Positions 1 to 13,572 of a stretch of 64,000 bases of DNA are shown here, piece after piece (position 1 is the stretch's first letter; each line of letters starts with the position of its first letter). The notes under the pieces were generated by a model. That model was not told the origin of the DNA. It did no database searches and worked only from the letters and a program-made list of their open reading frames with translations. The stretch is taken from positions 39,516,985 to 39,580,984 of the forward strand of contig NC_081365.1 of assembly GCF_030684315.1 (NCBI RefSeq), written 5' to 3'. The stretch is from Stegostoma tigrinum (Eukaryota). The position numbers and the translations under genes were made by a program.

Positions 1-509
1 GCAAAGTGGGAACCCAAGCTTGTTTAAGAAGCGCTTAGAGCTTAATGCTAAGAAGCCTGTGATTTTGGAATTAGTCAGCAGAGTTTAGTCCCTCCACATC
101 TCTGTAATTGATGAATTCAAACCGAGGCTCAAGTCCTTCTGATGCTCCAGTCAGGAAACTAAACAGAAGGTTGTTAATGCCAAAAGAGCTGATTTTCTCA
201 CAATTAATGGCAAATAAAATATCTTAACATTTTAAGGATGTAAAACAAGCTTTACCTCAAAGCCAGAAAAGACTTTGTGCCAGTATTGGCTTAATTTCTA
301 TTGACAACATATTGAAGCAAAATTATTTGCCCTCATAACAGGTTCTCTCAGGCCTGTCTGCCTCATTTCAGTATGGCCCTAGCTTCTTCAACATACTCGT
401 CATCAGCATTAACCCATCAGATTCTCTCCTTCCCTGTGAGACATATGCTATCAGTCTTCTGCTCTTGTAGGTTGTCACCCAGTCATTGTGATAGGATGGG
501 CCAAGTACA

Positions 510-620
510 ACAAATCAGGAACAAAAACACAGTTGCTGGAAAAGCTCAGCAGGTCTGGCAGCATCTGTGGGAGAGAAAACAGAGTTAACATTTCGGGCTC
601 GGTGACCCTTGCTCAGAACT
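510..620 (-). mobile_element. Old short Penelope-terminal-repeat-like element (family 2) with decayed hammerhead
   Basis: gctggaaaagctcagcaggtctggcagcatc...gttaacatttcgggctcggtgacccttgctcagaact; related copies near 9480-9575, 14150-14335, 15650-15858, 49530-49640. Confidence 0.6.
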
Positions 621-675
621 AAAAGAGTTTTAAAACCAGGCAGGAAAACTCACTGACACTTCATCGGAGGCTGCT

Positions 676-709
676 CTGATGATGTTAGCAAGTGTGGTAA
701 CGAAACATC
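676..709 (+). ncRNA. Minimal hammerhead ribozyme motif (family 3)
   Basis: CTGATGA-t-GTTA gcaagtgtgg TAAC-GAAA-ca-TC; flanks homologous to the Penelope 3' end at 55470-55550. Confidence 0.55.
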
Positions 710-1402
710 TGTGGAACAACAAACCAGCTCGGTGAACGAATCTACCTCAATAGAAACATGACACATAGTTTATACACTTCTATTATACTTTATTTGCAGC
801 ATAGATTATTTTAAAAAAAACTTAAATTTAACTTAGCAGCAGACAGCCTTCTCACTTGCACCCTCAACTGACTACTTGGAGATCATGATGATACAGCAAA
901 TTTCTTGTATTTGATTGATATAATTTTTGTCAGTTTAACGAATCCAGTTCTTAAGGTACTGGTTAAAACAAAGTTTGTTGTACTGGTGCGGTAATGCTTA
1001 TGTTATCCCTTATAACGTTAGAAGCTGGCAGTGGATATTGTGGTATTGGAAAATCCAAAATTTGTTAGAGATAATTATCACACAAATGCTATGCTTCTCA
1101 GGCATCTAATTGTCTGGGCTAATATTAAGTTGATAGATCATAACATATCAGTATTGAATAGCTTCCAATAACACATCATGCTTCATGTGGTCCAGGAGGA
1201 GGAGTATGAAACTTATATACCTTTGGATCACATTTTACAATGCAGCAATGATATCGTAAAACCACTTTTGAAATTAATAGTGACAGATTGACCCTCATCA
1301 AAACACAGCAATACACTGTCCTATCCGCATTTTCCCCATCACTGTGACTCTCCCCCGTGTTGTAGCAGCCCATGGCTAAATTGACAAGATGGCCACCTGG
1401 GT

Positions 1403-2794
1403 TAACAAAGTATGAAGCTGGATGAACACAGAAGGCCAAGCAGCATCTCAGGAGCACAAGAGCTGATGTTTCGGGCCTAGACCCTTCATCAGAGAGGGGG
1501 ATGGGGTGAGGGTTCTGGAATAAATAGGGAGAGAGGGGGAGGCGGACTGAAGATGGAGAGAAAAGAAGATAGGTGGAGAGAGTATAGGTGGGGAGGTAGG
1601 GAGGGGATAGATCAGTCCAGGGAAGATGGACAGGTCAAGGAGGTGGGATCAGGTTAGTAGGTAGGAGATGGAGGTGCGGCTTGGCGTGGGAGGAAGGGAT
1701 GGGTGAGAGGAAGAACAGGTTAGGGAGGCAGAGACAGATACAACGCATCATCCTCCGACACTTTCGCCATCTACAATCTGACCCCACCACCCAAGACATT
1801 TTTCCATCCCCATCCCTGCCTGCTTTCCGAAGAGACCACTCTCTCCGTGACTCCCTTGTTCGCTCCACACTGACCTCCAACCCCACCACACCCGGCACCT
1901 TCCCCTGCAACCGCAGGAAATGCTACACTTGCCCCCACACCTCCCCCCTTACCCCTATCCAAGGCCCCAAGATGACATTCCACATTAAGCAGAGGTTCAC
2001 CTGCACATCTGCCAATGTGGTATACTGCATCCACTGTACCCGGTGCGGCTTCCTCTACATTGGGGAAACCAAGCGGAGGCTTGGAGACCGCTTTGCAGAA
2101 CACCTCCGCTCAGTTCGCAACAAACAACTGCACCTCCCAGTCGCAAACCATTTCCATTCCCCCTCCCATTCTCTAGATGACATGTCCATCATGGGCCTCC
2201 TGCACTGCCACAATGATGCCACCCAAAGATTGCAGGAACAGCAACTCATATTCCGCCTGGGAACCCTGCAGCCTAATGGTATCAATGTGGACTTCACCAG
2301 TTTCAAAATCTCCCCTTCCCCTACTGCATCCCTAAACCAGCCCAGTTCGTCCCCTCCCCCCACTGCACCACACAACCAGCCCAGCTCTTCCCCCCCACCC
2401 ACTGCATCCCAAAACCAGTCCAACCTGTCTCTGCCTCCCTAACCGGTTCTTCCTCTCACCCATCCCTTCCTCCCACCCCAAGCCGCACCCCCATCTACCT
2501 ACTAACCTCATCCCACCTCCTTGACCTGTCTGTCTTCCCTGGACTGACCTATCCCCTCCCTACCTCCCCACCTATACTCTCTCCACCTATCTTCTTTACT
2601 CTCCATCTTCGGTCCGCCTCCCCCTCTCTCCCTATTTATTCCAGTTCCCTCTCCCCATCCCCCTCTCTGATGAAGGGCCCAGGCCCAAAATGTCAGCTTT
2701 TGTGCTCCTGAGATGCTGCTTGGCCTGCTGTGTTCATCCAGCCTCACATTTTATTATCTTGGAATTCTCCAGCATCTGCAGTTCCCATTATCTC
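1403..2794 (+). mobile_element. Penelope-like element (Neptune-type), 5'-truncated GIY-YIG part + terminal repeat, preceded by an inverted terminal repeat (1403-1737)
   Basis: ORF 1681-2442: PCNRRKCYTC linker, NVVYCIHCTRCGFLYIGET...RFAEH...EQQLIFRLGTLQPNGIN; 1403-1737 is the reverse complement of the 3' repeat. Confidence 0.92.
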
Positions 2795-3413
2795 AGTTCT
2801 AAACACGTAAGCGTTTTCATAAAGGCATTTTCTAAAGGCTTAGTTTAGCCAAGCCCCGAGTTTGTTACTTAGTAAAAAAGTGAATGGAAAAGTACGATCT
2901 GGGCTCTGGGTAACTGTTATTGCATATTAAACTTACCCATATGAGTATTGTGAAATGCAATCCATAAGCAACCATGCAGAGATTTAGTTGAACTTTTATG
3001 AGAAGCCAATTGTAGACAGTAAAAAGAGGCCCCTTCAAGACAGGGAAGATGGAGCAACAAATGATGCAAACAGGCAGCCTCTAAAAGACCACCAGTGCAG
3101 AAGGGAGGCAAAACAAGGATGTAAAGAGAGGGGTTAGGACTGGGGAGAGATGAACATTTGAAGCGTAAATGTAGATGTAAATAATTTCAGCAAATTCTTA
3201 CATCCAAAGATAAGGGGGAAAATGACAGAGACAGAGTACAAAAAAAAGTGACGATGTGGTTATATCCCCAGTTATAAGTGGAATCTAAACAAGTTAATGA
3301 CTTGGTAAACTTGTAAAATGATTGAATTTCACCCTCAATAGTGAAATTCAAATATTCTAAAATTAGTAAAGTATTTAGAGTAGAGAAAGTAAAAGAATCA
3401 TTTATGAGCTAAA

Positions 3414-3557
3414 GATAACAAAGTGTGAATCTGGATTAACACAGCAGGCCAAGCAGCATCTCAGGAGCATGCTGCTTGGCCTTCTGTGTTCATCCAGCTT
3501 CACACTTTGTTATCTTGGATTCTCCAGCATCTGCAGTTCCCATTATCTCTGATCACA
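3414..3557. mobile_element. Fold-back mini Penelope terminal-repeat insertion
   Basis: Inverted arms; TSD atttatga(g/t)ctaaa at 3400-3413 and 3558-3571. Confidence 0.85.
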
Positions 3558-5001
3558 ATTTATGATCTAAACTTTGGTTTAAAACTCACTTACAATATGA
3601 GAATAGCAGAGATTTTAATTGCAACTGCTAGTCAGAAAGGCTGTTTGTTTTCTCTGTCAGGCTGAAGTAAGAGAGGGGTTGTTTCCAATTTGTCAGCTGT
3701 GCCACAGAATTGTAGTCACTTTATATTAGAGTTGATTTTAAAGACTTCATAACAATTGTTCAAAATTAATGTCCTTTCTAATGTTCTGTACTAAAGTCAC
3801 TGGAGAATTTGGAAGAGTTCTTAGTCATAAGCAAGGATTTAGGTTATTGGCAAATAACGTGATTCAGTTAGCAAATGTCTGGGAAGGAGTATAACTGTCA
3901 GAAGAATTGTAAGATCCTAAAAACAGATGATGGAGGTATCTGATAAATATCATGAGATTGTGGGAGGACCTTGGGCTGTCCATAGAGTTGTCCTTCATTG
4001 ATTGTGTCTTTACTGGATTGAATATATAGATTAGGAGGATATGGCTAGCAATGACATCTATGTTGCATGCACTTATTGTAATGAGAAAAATATTAAAATA
4101 CTGTATTCAGCTGGGGAACTCAGAATATCATTGACCTCTCCTCTGATCTGTGCCATATGTAATAGGGTAACTGGGCAACACGTGAGAGCCTGATTCGGAG
4201 CGGTCTCTGGCCTGTCTCACAAATGTGGTTAAAGAGCTCTGAATAAAGGGTTGCTTCACCTGTTGAATACAGAACTCAAGACTCATGTTTGATATTTCTC
4301 CCAAGAACACCTTGCAATTCCACTTCCTTTATCCATTCCCCAAGATCTTCCCAGTGCCTCTGGTAGCCACATCCTTTAAGTTCCATTCCCTACTATTCCA
4401 TTTGACACAACATACCTTTGACTGAGCCTCTTGAGTTGAGCACCGCCCCCCCACTTTGAGATACACCCTATTTGCCTGCCCCAAGCAGGTTTTTTGCATA
4501 AGCCACTCTGAGTCTAACACTTGGTAGACTTGTTATCCCAGTCAGCCCTTACACCTTACACTGTAAGCATTTAAGAACAATAAGTAAGACTGAATCCAAC
4601 TGAGACTTCTCATGAGCTGGCTGACACAGTGAGGTTTCATCACTTATACTGTTAAGCATTTGTGCATAAATGGGACAACATGACTATAAATGTGTCAAGT
4701 AACTGAACATGTTTGTACATAAGGAAAAAGTCTACAAGGCCAGGCACAACCATATATTTATAGTTGATTTTGTGACGCATTTGTTTCCCTTTTAGTTGAA
4801 CATGCTTGTGCATGTGAATCTAATTCCAGTAGACTGTTGTGTCAATAAATATTTATGGCATGAATGTAAAAGAGGTTCAAGACCATCACAGTCAGGGGGC
4901 TGCTTGAAATGTTCTGAGAACTTAGAGCAAAAACTGCCATCGGTAATCTGAATCTTTTCCTCCTGCCCAGTTAAACTCGGGCCAGTGTTGAAAGATTCCA
5001 C

Positions 5002-7954
5002 AGATAGCAGGAACTGCAGATGCTGGAGAATCTGAGATAACAAGGTGTAGAGCTGGGTGGACACAGCAGGCCAAGTGGGAACAGAAGAGAAGGAAAGCTG
5101 ATGTTTCGGGCTGAAATCCTTCCTAAGAAGTGGGGCAGGAGAACGGGATTCTGAAATAATTAGGGAGAGAGGGGGAGGTGGATAGAAGATGGATAAAGAA
5201 GCAGATAGATGGAGAGGAGACAGACAGATCAAAGAAGTGAGGTTGGATCCAGTAAAGGTGAGTGTAGGTGGGGAGTTGGGGGCGATAGATCAGTCCAGGG
5301 GGAATGGACAGATCAAGGGGATGAGGTGAGGTTAGTAGGTAGGAGATGGGGGTGGGGCTTGAGGTGAGAGGAGGGGATAGGTAGGAGGAAGGAGATGTTA
5401 GGGAGGCAGGGACAAGCTGGGCTGGTTTTGGGATTCAGTGGGGGAAGAGGAGATTTTGAAGCTTGATGTCCACCCAGACCTCCCCCTTACTGAGGACAAT
5501 TGGTTAGTCCTCAATAAAGGGCTCACCTTTGACCACCTCCACCCAAACATCAACGAATACCATTCATGCCAGGATATTGAAATGTTTTTCTGCCACTTCT
5601 GCCTCCACGCTTACTTCTTTAACTGTGAGCCTAACCCACCATCAAATGACCCCTTCTCCTGCCTCCAACACACCCTCTCCTCCTGGCCTTCTACCCTACC
5701 TCAACCTCTTCATCTCCAACTGCCATCAAAACATCAATCACCTCAACCTCTCACCCCTCTCACCCACTCCAACCTCTCCCCTGCATAACGTGCAGCCCTT
5801 CCGCTCCCTCCGCTCCAACCCCAACCTCAGCATTAAATCCGCGGACACGGGAGGCGAATTGTAGTGTGGTGCACTGACCTCTACATCACCGAGGCCAGGC
5901 GCCAACTTTCCGACACCTCCTCCTACCGCCCCCTTGATCATGACCCTACTCCCAACTACCAAACCATCATCTCCTAACCCATCCACAACTTCATCACTTC
6001 AGGTGACCTCCCACCCACAGCCTCCAACCTCATCATTCCCCAACCCTGCACCACGCATTTCTATCTCCTTTCCAAAATCCACAAACCTGACTGCCCTGGT
6101 CAACCCATTGTCTTCACCTGCTCCTGCCCCACCGAACGTATCTCCAATTATCTCGAATCTATTTTCTCCCCATTGGTCCAGGAACTCCCCACCTATGTCC
6201 ATGACACCACCCAAGCCCTCCACCTCCTCCAGAACTTCCGATTCCCTGGTCCCCAACACCTCATTTTTACTATGGATGTCCAGTTCCTATTCACCTGCAT
6301 TCCCCATGCAGATGGCCTAAAGGCCCTCCACTTCTTCCTGTCCCACAGGCCCAACCTGTCCCCCTCCACTGACACCCTCATCTGCTTAGTCAAACTCGTC
6401 CTCACCATTAACAACTTCCCTTTCAATTCCTCCCACTTCCTACAGACATGGGTACCCCGCATGGGCCCAAGCTATGCCTGCCTCTTTGTAGGTTATGTGG
6501 AACCATCCCTCTTCCGTACCTACACTGGCCCTAAACCTCACCTCTTCTCCGCTACATTGATGGCTGTATCGGCGCCACCTCGTGCTCCCACGAGGGGCTC
6601 GAACAGTTCATCCACTTCACCAACGCCTTCCACCCCAACCTTAAGTTTCCTGGACCATCTCTGATACCACTCTCCCCTTCCTGGACCTTTCTGTTTCCAT
6701 CTTTGGCAACCACCTGAAAACTGATATACATTTCAAGCCCTCCGACTCCCACAGCTACCTAGAATACACATCCTCTCACCTACCTTCCTTCCAAAATGCC
6801 ATCCCCTATTCCCAATTCCTTCACCTCCACCGCATCTGCTCCCAGGATGAGGCATTCCACTGCCGAACATTTCAAGTGTCCTTGTTTTTCAAGGACCGCA
6901 TCATTACCCCTGTCAGTGATCAAGAACGCCCTCGACCATGTCTCCCACATTTCCCACAATTCATCCCTCACACACCGTCCCTGAAATAACAACCAAAACA
7001 CAATCCTCCTCGTCATCACATACCACCCCACAAACCTCCGGATCCAACGCATCATGCTCCGACACTTCCGCCATCTGCAATCCGACCCCACTGCCAAAGA
7101 CATTTTTCTTCCCCACCCTTATCTGCTTTCTGAAGGGACCATACTCTCCGTGACTCCCTTGTCCGCTCCACACTCCCCTCCAACCCCACCTCACCCGGCA
7201 CTTTCCCCTGCAACCGCAGGAAGTGCTATACCTTCCTCCACACCTCCCTCCTCAACCCCATCCCAGGCCCCAAGAAGACCTTCCACATCAAGCAGATGTG
7301 CAGGCTTGGGGACTGCTTTGCAGAACACCTACGCTCGGTTTGCACTAAACAACTACACCTCCCAGTGGCGAACCTTTTCAACTCCCCATCTCATTCCTTG
7401 AACGACATGTCCATCCTTGGCCTCCTGCAGTGTCACAACGATGCCACTCGAAGGTGCAGGAACAGCAACTCATATTCCGCTTGGGAATCCTGCAGCCCAA
7501 TGGATTCAAAGTGCACTTCACAAGCATCAAAATCTCCCCTTCCCCCTACTGCATCACAAAACCAGCCTAGCTTGTCCCCACCTCCATAACTTGTCCTTCC
7601 TCCCACCTATCCTTTCCTCTCACTTCAAGCCGCACCCCCATTTCCTACGTACTAGCCTCATTCTGGCCCCTTGACCTGTCCGTCCTCCCTGGACTGACCT
7701 ATTTCCTCCCTAACTCCCCACCTACACTCACATTTATTGGCTCCATCCCCACCTCTTTGACCTGTCTGTCTCCTCTCCACCTATCTTCTCCTCTATCCAT
7801 CCTCTATCCGCCTCCACCTCTCTCCCTATTTATTTCAGAACATCCTTCCCCGCCCCCATTTCTGAAGAAGGGCCTAGGCCTGAAACGTCAGCTTTCCTGC
7901 TCCTCTGATGCTGCTTGGCCTGCTGTGTTCATCCAGCTCTAAACCTTGTTATCT
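5002..7954 (+). mobile_element. Older, frameshifted Penelope-like element (RT + GIY-YIG) with inverted 5' terminal repeat (5002-~5465)
   Basis: RT fragments (VLNKGLTF, IFTMDV, MGPSYACLF) and endonuclease fragments; TSD ttgaaaga(t/c)tccac at 4988-5001 and 7955-7968. Confidence 0.92.
7862..7889 (+). ncRNA. Minimal hammerhead ribozyme motif in Penelope terminal repeat
   Basis: CTGAAGA-a-gggcctaggcct-GAAA-cg-TC. Confidence 0.6.
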
Positions 7955-8137
7955 TTGAAAGACTCCACCTTAGCTTTCAATTCCAGAGTTATTCATTGAA
8001 GTAAGCTGCTTTAATGAAATTTGATGCTGTACCTCCAAAGCATTACCCCATCTCCAGATTATTAGCCCAGTGGCATTAACAGCTGCCTCTCCCCTTCAAG
8101 AAGGGATGTAAGGAAGCTGTCACTGATAATTGACAAG

Positions 8138-8483
8138 GTGGTGGCCTAATGGTATTTCTGGACTGTAATTCCAGAGACCTAGGTAATTTTCTGGGGACCT
8201 GGATTTGAATTCCACCACAACAGAACATACAATTTGAATTCAGTAAAAAACAGTCCGAGAATTAGGAGTCTAATGATGACTATGAACCCATTGTTGGCTG
8301 TTGGAAAAATCTGTCTGGTTCATTAATGCTGTTTTGGGGAGGAAACTGGCATCCTTACCTGGTCAGGCCTACACGTGACTCCAGACCCACCGCAATATGG
8401 TTGACTCTTAACTGACCTCTGGGCAATTAGGGATGGGCAATAAATGCTGCCTAGCTAGTGATGCCCTCATCCCATGAATGAAT
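8138..8483 (+). mobile_element. tRNA-derived shark SINE (SacSINE1/DeuSINE-like)
   Basis: A-box-like ggtggcctaatgg, B-box-like gatttgaattcc; 3' tail gggcaattagggatgggcaataaatgctg shared with the LINE end at ~44475-44515; further copies near 30555-30875 (-) and 46850-47100 (+). Confidence 0.65.
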
Positions 8484-9254
8484 TAGATTTCAAATTTGAC
8501 AGGAGCTTGTCAAAGATAGGTCTACAAGACTTTGGGATTTTTTTGAATGTGGCTTACTGGTAAGAATGTCAGATTAGTGAATTTGTCTCCTAGATAATTG
8601 TCAACTTCTCCATTCAGCACCATATTTTTATAGCACCCAGTCTCTTCCAGCATCAATACAATAGGCTGAATGGTCATCTTGTGTGCTGTTGTTGTTCTGT
8701 GGTTGTATGATTCTCTCCCTCCATTCGTGCCCTTTTTGTTACTACCCTCTAAGCAAATCTCTTGTGGAATTTGTACTCCTTACCACCTGCATGTCTGCTT
8801 TCAAGATTTCTACATGCACCTTTCTATCCAATGACCCCTTAGTTCTTCTCCAAATTATCCTTTATTTATGCATAGCTCTACTTTTTCTCTGTTTTCTATA
8901 ACAGTACTTTGAAGTCATAATCCACAAAAGAAGTTCATGTTTCAATGACTGAATTTCCCAATTTCAGTTGAAGTGTTTTGTCGAGTGAGCTTCACAGTGC
9001 CTGGTCCTCCATGGCTCATAGTGACTTTTCTGATACACTGTTCCACTCTTCTTTTAATCACATATGGAACCTGATCCTTCAGTGTCCTTCTCATGTAGCC
9101 AGAGAGGTGAGGGAGTTCACCACTGCATGAGCCTTGTTCATGCCACTGTCACCATATTTAAAGCTCATCTGTACACCACTTCAGGCATGACAAATCAAGA
9201 ATTTCTCCTCACATTATTACATTTGACCAGAATCACTGAAGATATTCTCCAGAA

Positions 9255-9455
9255 GGTAAAGCTTGCACCTCACTTTCACTGACGTGAGGCGCAAGTGGAT
9301 GGTGAGATAGAAAGGAGGCCATCCTTCATCCTGCTTTCTGGACCGGAGGTTCCGCCACTACCAACAGCCAGCCTCAAACAAGATAGTGACCTTGGTCAGT
9401 GCTCTGTCCAGAATGCCAGAAGTGCAGTTAGAAGCTCACTGATCTCCTGTGTTCC
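9255..9455 (+). mobile_element. Degenerate PIF/Harbinger Myb/SANT-like ORF relic
   Basis: Frameshifted KLAPHF/TD...VDGEIERR...IVTLVSALS...QKCS*KLTDLL, matching the APRFS...VA..VSA...QC.KK.NDL pattern. Confidence 0.4.
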
Positions 9456-11513
9456 TCAAGGATAGGGACCACCATCTTCTAAACCAGAAGTTGCTAGAGA
9501 AACTGAGCAAGTCTAGTAGCACCTGAGAAGAGCAAACAGAGATAAAATTTTGAGTCCAGTGACCTTTCTTCAAAACTCACCCAATATTCTTTGGGGAATG
9601 GACAGGCTAGATACAGAAAGGTAGATTCCCCTTGTGGGAGAGTCCAGGGCCAGACAGTATAATCTCAAAACATAGGGCCCCAAATCTGGGACAGAAGTAG
9701 TGAGGGTAGTGAGTCTGCAGGATTCAAGGGCTGTTAAGGCTGTCAAGGCTAAGTATGTTCAAGTCTCAGATAACCAGATTTTAAGCTGTTTTTACTGTGG
9801 TAACAGCACAACATTTAGGCTGAAGAATTTTGGAATACACTCAGAATTAGATTTCTGTCTATTGGTTCATTTTACTGTAAGTTTAATTGGGGTTGTATTT
9901 CAAACTCACCTGCCATTAGATATAAAACGCCACTGAATAACAAACTTTTTTTTATTATTTGCTTCAGGATTTATGTTGTTAATAAATATAGTGCAACAAT
10001 ATCTTTTGGTAGGACCTTTGGGTTTGGTGAAGTGGCATAATTGAGGGTAACTTTTACTCCCAGGAATAGATGTTAAAACTTTCAAACTTTCAAATGTCAT
10101 GCCAGCCTTACTTGAGCCGATGGATGTCCTCTGTTAATATGGGGTAGGATTTGGTGGACAAGCAAATACTTGGTCTCAGGAAGTTCCCAGTTAACACCAG
10201 CATTTAAAGAACTGAGTTGCTCCAATTTAACACATTTTAAAAAATCCATTTTAGCTAGGCTTCCTGGCCTCAAGAAACCCAGGATAGGCAGGGTGTTAGG
10301 AGGTACAGGATAGGAGGAGGGGTTGGAAAAGTCAGTGTGTATGGAATTGCTCAGTATGCCACTTACATTGTGGTCAAAACTTGTTTATCTTATATCAGTT
10401 GAAAAATATATCAAGAAAACAAAGGAATTTTATCTATTATCTTCATGTGAGAGTCTGGAAATCACATTGTGATAAATGTACATAATAAATACAATAGCTA
10501 AGATCTTTTACAGCATAGCATGTCAGCAAAAGTGAACAAGAGCATATCCCCAGGATCAACAATGTTAACTTCCATATATCCCAATTTCCTCCTGGTCTGC
10601 TTGACCTATCCACACCACTTATAAACTTTCTTCCCTTTCCTACAATATCTTCGCCTCAATACTGATCTGAAGATCTTGTTGCACAGAAATGCTCATGTCA
10701 CATATTAAAGTTAACTAATCAGCTGGTTTCATGTAACTGAGTTTTTAAAAAAAAAGATATTTTCTAATTAGCCTCTTCAGTTATGTTATACACACCTCTG
10801 AAGCAATTAGAATTGAACCCAGGACTCTCGGTACAGAAGTATTGGACATTACCATTCGAATACAAGATAGTCAGTTTTAACTGAGCAAGGAAATGCGGTT
10901 TACATTACAGTGGTTGCTCCAATTAGCATTCCTATGCAGTCTACATTCCATCTCATTACAATGGAGACGATGCATCTGTGGACACCCCACGGAGATGATA
11001 AACCCTTGAGGAGTATAAAAGATTGATTTCCTAAGCTATTAAGCAACCACTGAGACAAGAACCTGAAATTCCACTGGAATCATGGCATTAATAAATAATC
11101 ATTTAGGCATGAAACAATGGCTAAGGTATTTGTGCAGACAGGAGCTGACCAAGCCATCTCTCACAGTATATAATTAATTTTCGACTATTCCTGGCAATTT
11201 AAGCTGTGATAAGTCAATCACTTTGTGACTCTGAGCACAGACTTTGGCAGAAAAGAAAAAGAACAAGATTGAAGCCGGGCAAGGAGCTGCGCTCCACACC
11301 TGTCTCTCTCTGGATCTATGTCAGACTGTGCTCTATTTGCTATTTATCATGCCTCTATTTCCCATGCAGAGATTTCAATTTCCACAGCAGCAGCCCCCAA
11401 AGAAGAAAGTGGAACACAAAACAGTCCAGCATAGGAAAAGGCCCGTCAGGCCACCATGTCTGAATCAACCATGAAGCTATTCTAAATTAATCCTATCTTC
11501 CTGCACGTGGTCC

Positions 11514-12212
11514 AGTGGCAGGCCCCTGCGGAGTGTTGGCAAACAGAGAACCCTAGTGGTTCAGGTACATAGTCCACTGAAAGTTGCATCACAGGTAGAC
11601 AGAGTGGTAAAGAAGGCATTCGGAATGCTTGCCTTCATTGCTCAGGGAATTGACTACAGGAGTCAGGAAGTCATGTTGCAGGACATTGGTAGTACTGTGT
11701 GCAGTTCTGGTCACCTTATTGTAGGAAGGATATTATTAAATAGGACATAGCTCAGTAAAGGATATTACCGGGACTAGAGGGTTTGAGTTTTAAGGGGAGG
11801 TTGGATTGGCTGAGACTTTTTCACTGGGCTGTAGGAGTTTATGTGGTGACCTTTTAGAGGTTTATAAAATCATGAGGGGCATGGCTAAGACGAAAAACAA
11901 AGATCTTTTCCTTATGATAAGGGAGTCCAAAACTACAGGGAATAATTTTAAGTTGACAAGAGAAAGATTTACAAGTGACCCGACGGGCAACATTTTCATA
12001 CAGAGTGTTTTTTCTGTGTGTAATAACTACCAGGGGAAGTGATAGATGCAGGTAGTTACAACACTTAAAAGGCATTTGGACATGAACAGGAAAGGTTTAG
12101 AAGGATATGGGTCAAGCCAGCCAGGTGCGACTTGTTTAGTTTGGGATACTTGGTTGGCATGGACAAGTTGGATGGAAGGGTCTGTTTCCATGCTAGATGA
12201 CGCAGTGACTCT
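11514..12212 (+). mobile_element. CR1 LINE 3' fragment inserted into an opposite-strand CR1
   Basis: VQVHSPLKVASQVDRVVKKAFGMLAFI, GDLLEVYKIMRG; CR1 3' UTR. Confidence 0.85.
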
Positions 12213-12676
12213 ATTCTCTGCCTGTTCATGTGTTTGTCTAAATGGCTGTTAAACTTTGCAATCATACCTGCTTCTCCAACCTCCCATGGCAGTGCATTCC
12301 AGTCATCCACTACCGTCTGTACAAAAACGTTTTCTTGCACATCTTTTTAAACTTTCTCTCTCTCACCTTAAACCTATTCTAATTGTATCTGGCTTTCATG
12401 CCTGGGAAAAAGACTCCAACTATCAATCATATCCATGCCTTTCATAATTTTATATACTTCTATCAGATTGCCTCTCGGCCTCTGATGCGCTGATGATAAC
12501 AACCCAAGTTTGTTGAATCTCTCCTTATAGCTAATATACTCCAGTTAAGGCAACATCCTGGTAAACCTCTTCTGCACTCTATCCAAAGGTTCGACATTGC
12601 TCCCATAGTGCAGCAACCAGAACTGCGCACAGTACCCCAAATCTGACCTGACCGAAGTCTTATACAGTTGCAGCAT

Positions 12677-12802
12677 TTTCTGAAGAAGGATCTGTAACCG
12701 AAATATCAACTTTCCTGCTCCTCTGATGCTGGGGCCTGCTGTTTTCCTCCAGGTCCACACTGTCTTATCTCTGACTCCAGCATCGGCAGTGCTTACTATC
12801 TC
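12677..12802 (+). mobile_element. Solo Penelope terminus beginning just before the hammerhead motif
   Basis: tttCTGAAGAaggatctgtaaccGAAAtaTC...cttactatctc; TSD tgcagcat at 12669-12676 and 12803-12810. Confidence 0.75.
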
Positions 12803-13016
12803 TGCAGCATAACTTGCCAGCTTTTATACTCAATACCCTGATGTTGAAGGTAAAAATGTTTTATTTTCTTATCTTTTCATATCCACTTGTGTTGCCAATT
12901 TCAGGGAGCTATGGACTTGGATTCCAAGATCCTTCAGTATATCAATGCACCTAAGGGTCCAACCATTTACAATATACTTTCCTCTTGCATTTGACCTCCC
13001 AAAATGCATCACTTGT

Positions 13017-13572
13017 AGAGACCACTTTGTAGAGCACTGTGGTCTGTTCGCGACAAATGACAACACCTTCCAGTCGCGAACCATTTCAACTACGCACCCC
13101 CCCCCCCCCCCACTCCCTGGGTGACATGTCCATCCTGGGCCTCCTCCAGTGTCACAATGAAGATACCCACAAACTGGAGGACCAACACCTCAAATACTGC
13201 CTTGGGAGATTACAACCCAATGGTCTCAATGTGAACATTGCGAGTTTAAAATCTCCCCACCCTTGGCCTCATCCCATCACCAACCCTCCCTTTCATCCCT
13301 GCCTCTTTAACCTGACACAACCTGACACAACCTGTCCATCTTCTCTCTCACCTATCTGCCCCTCCCACTGACCAATCCCCACCACTGCCTAACCGCACTC
13401 ACCTATCATCATCCCATTTACCTTCCCCAGCCCCACCCCTCCTCTCTATTTATTTCAGAGCTCCCTTCCCCCTACCCCATTTCTGAAGAAGGGTCCTGAC
13501 CTGACATTTCAACTTTCCTGCTCCTTTGATGCTGCCTGGCCGGCTGTGCTCCTCCAGCTCCACACTGTGTAA
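13017..13572 (+). mobile_element. Old Penelope-like 3' fragment (GIY-YIG C-terminus + terminal repeat)
   Basis: HSLGDMSILGLLQCHNE...LQPNGLNV. Confidence 0.8.
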
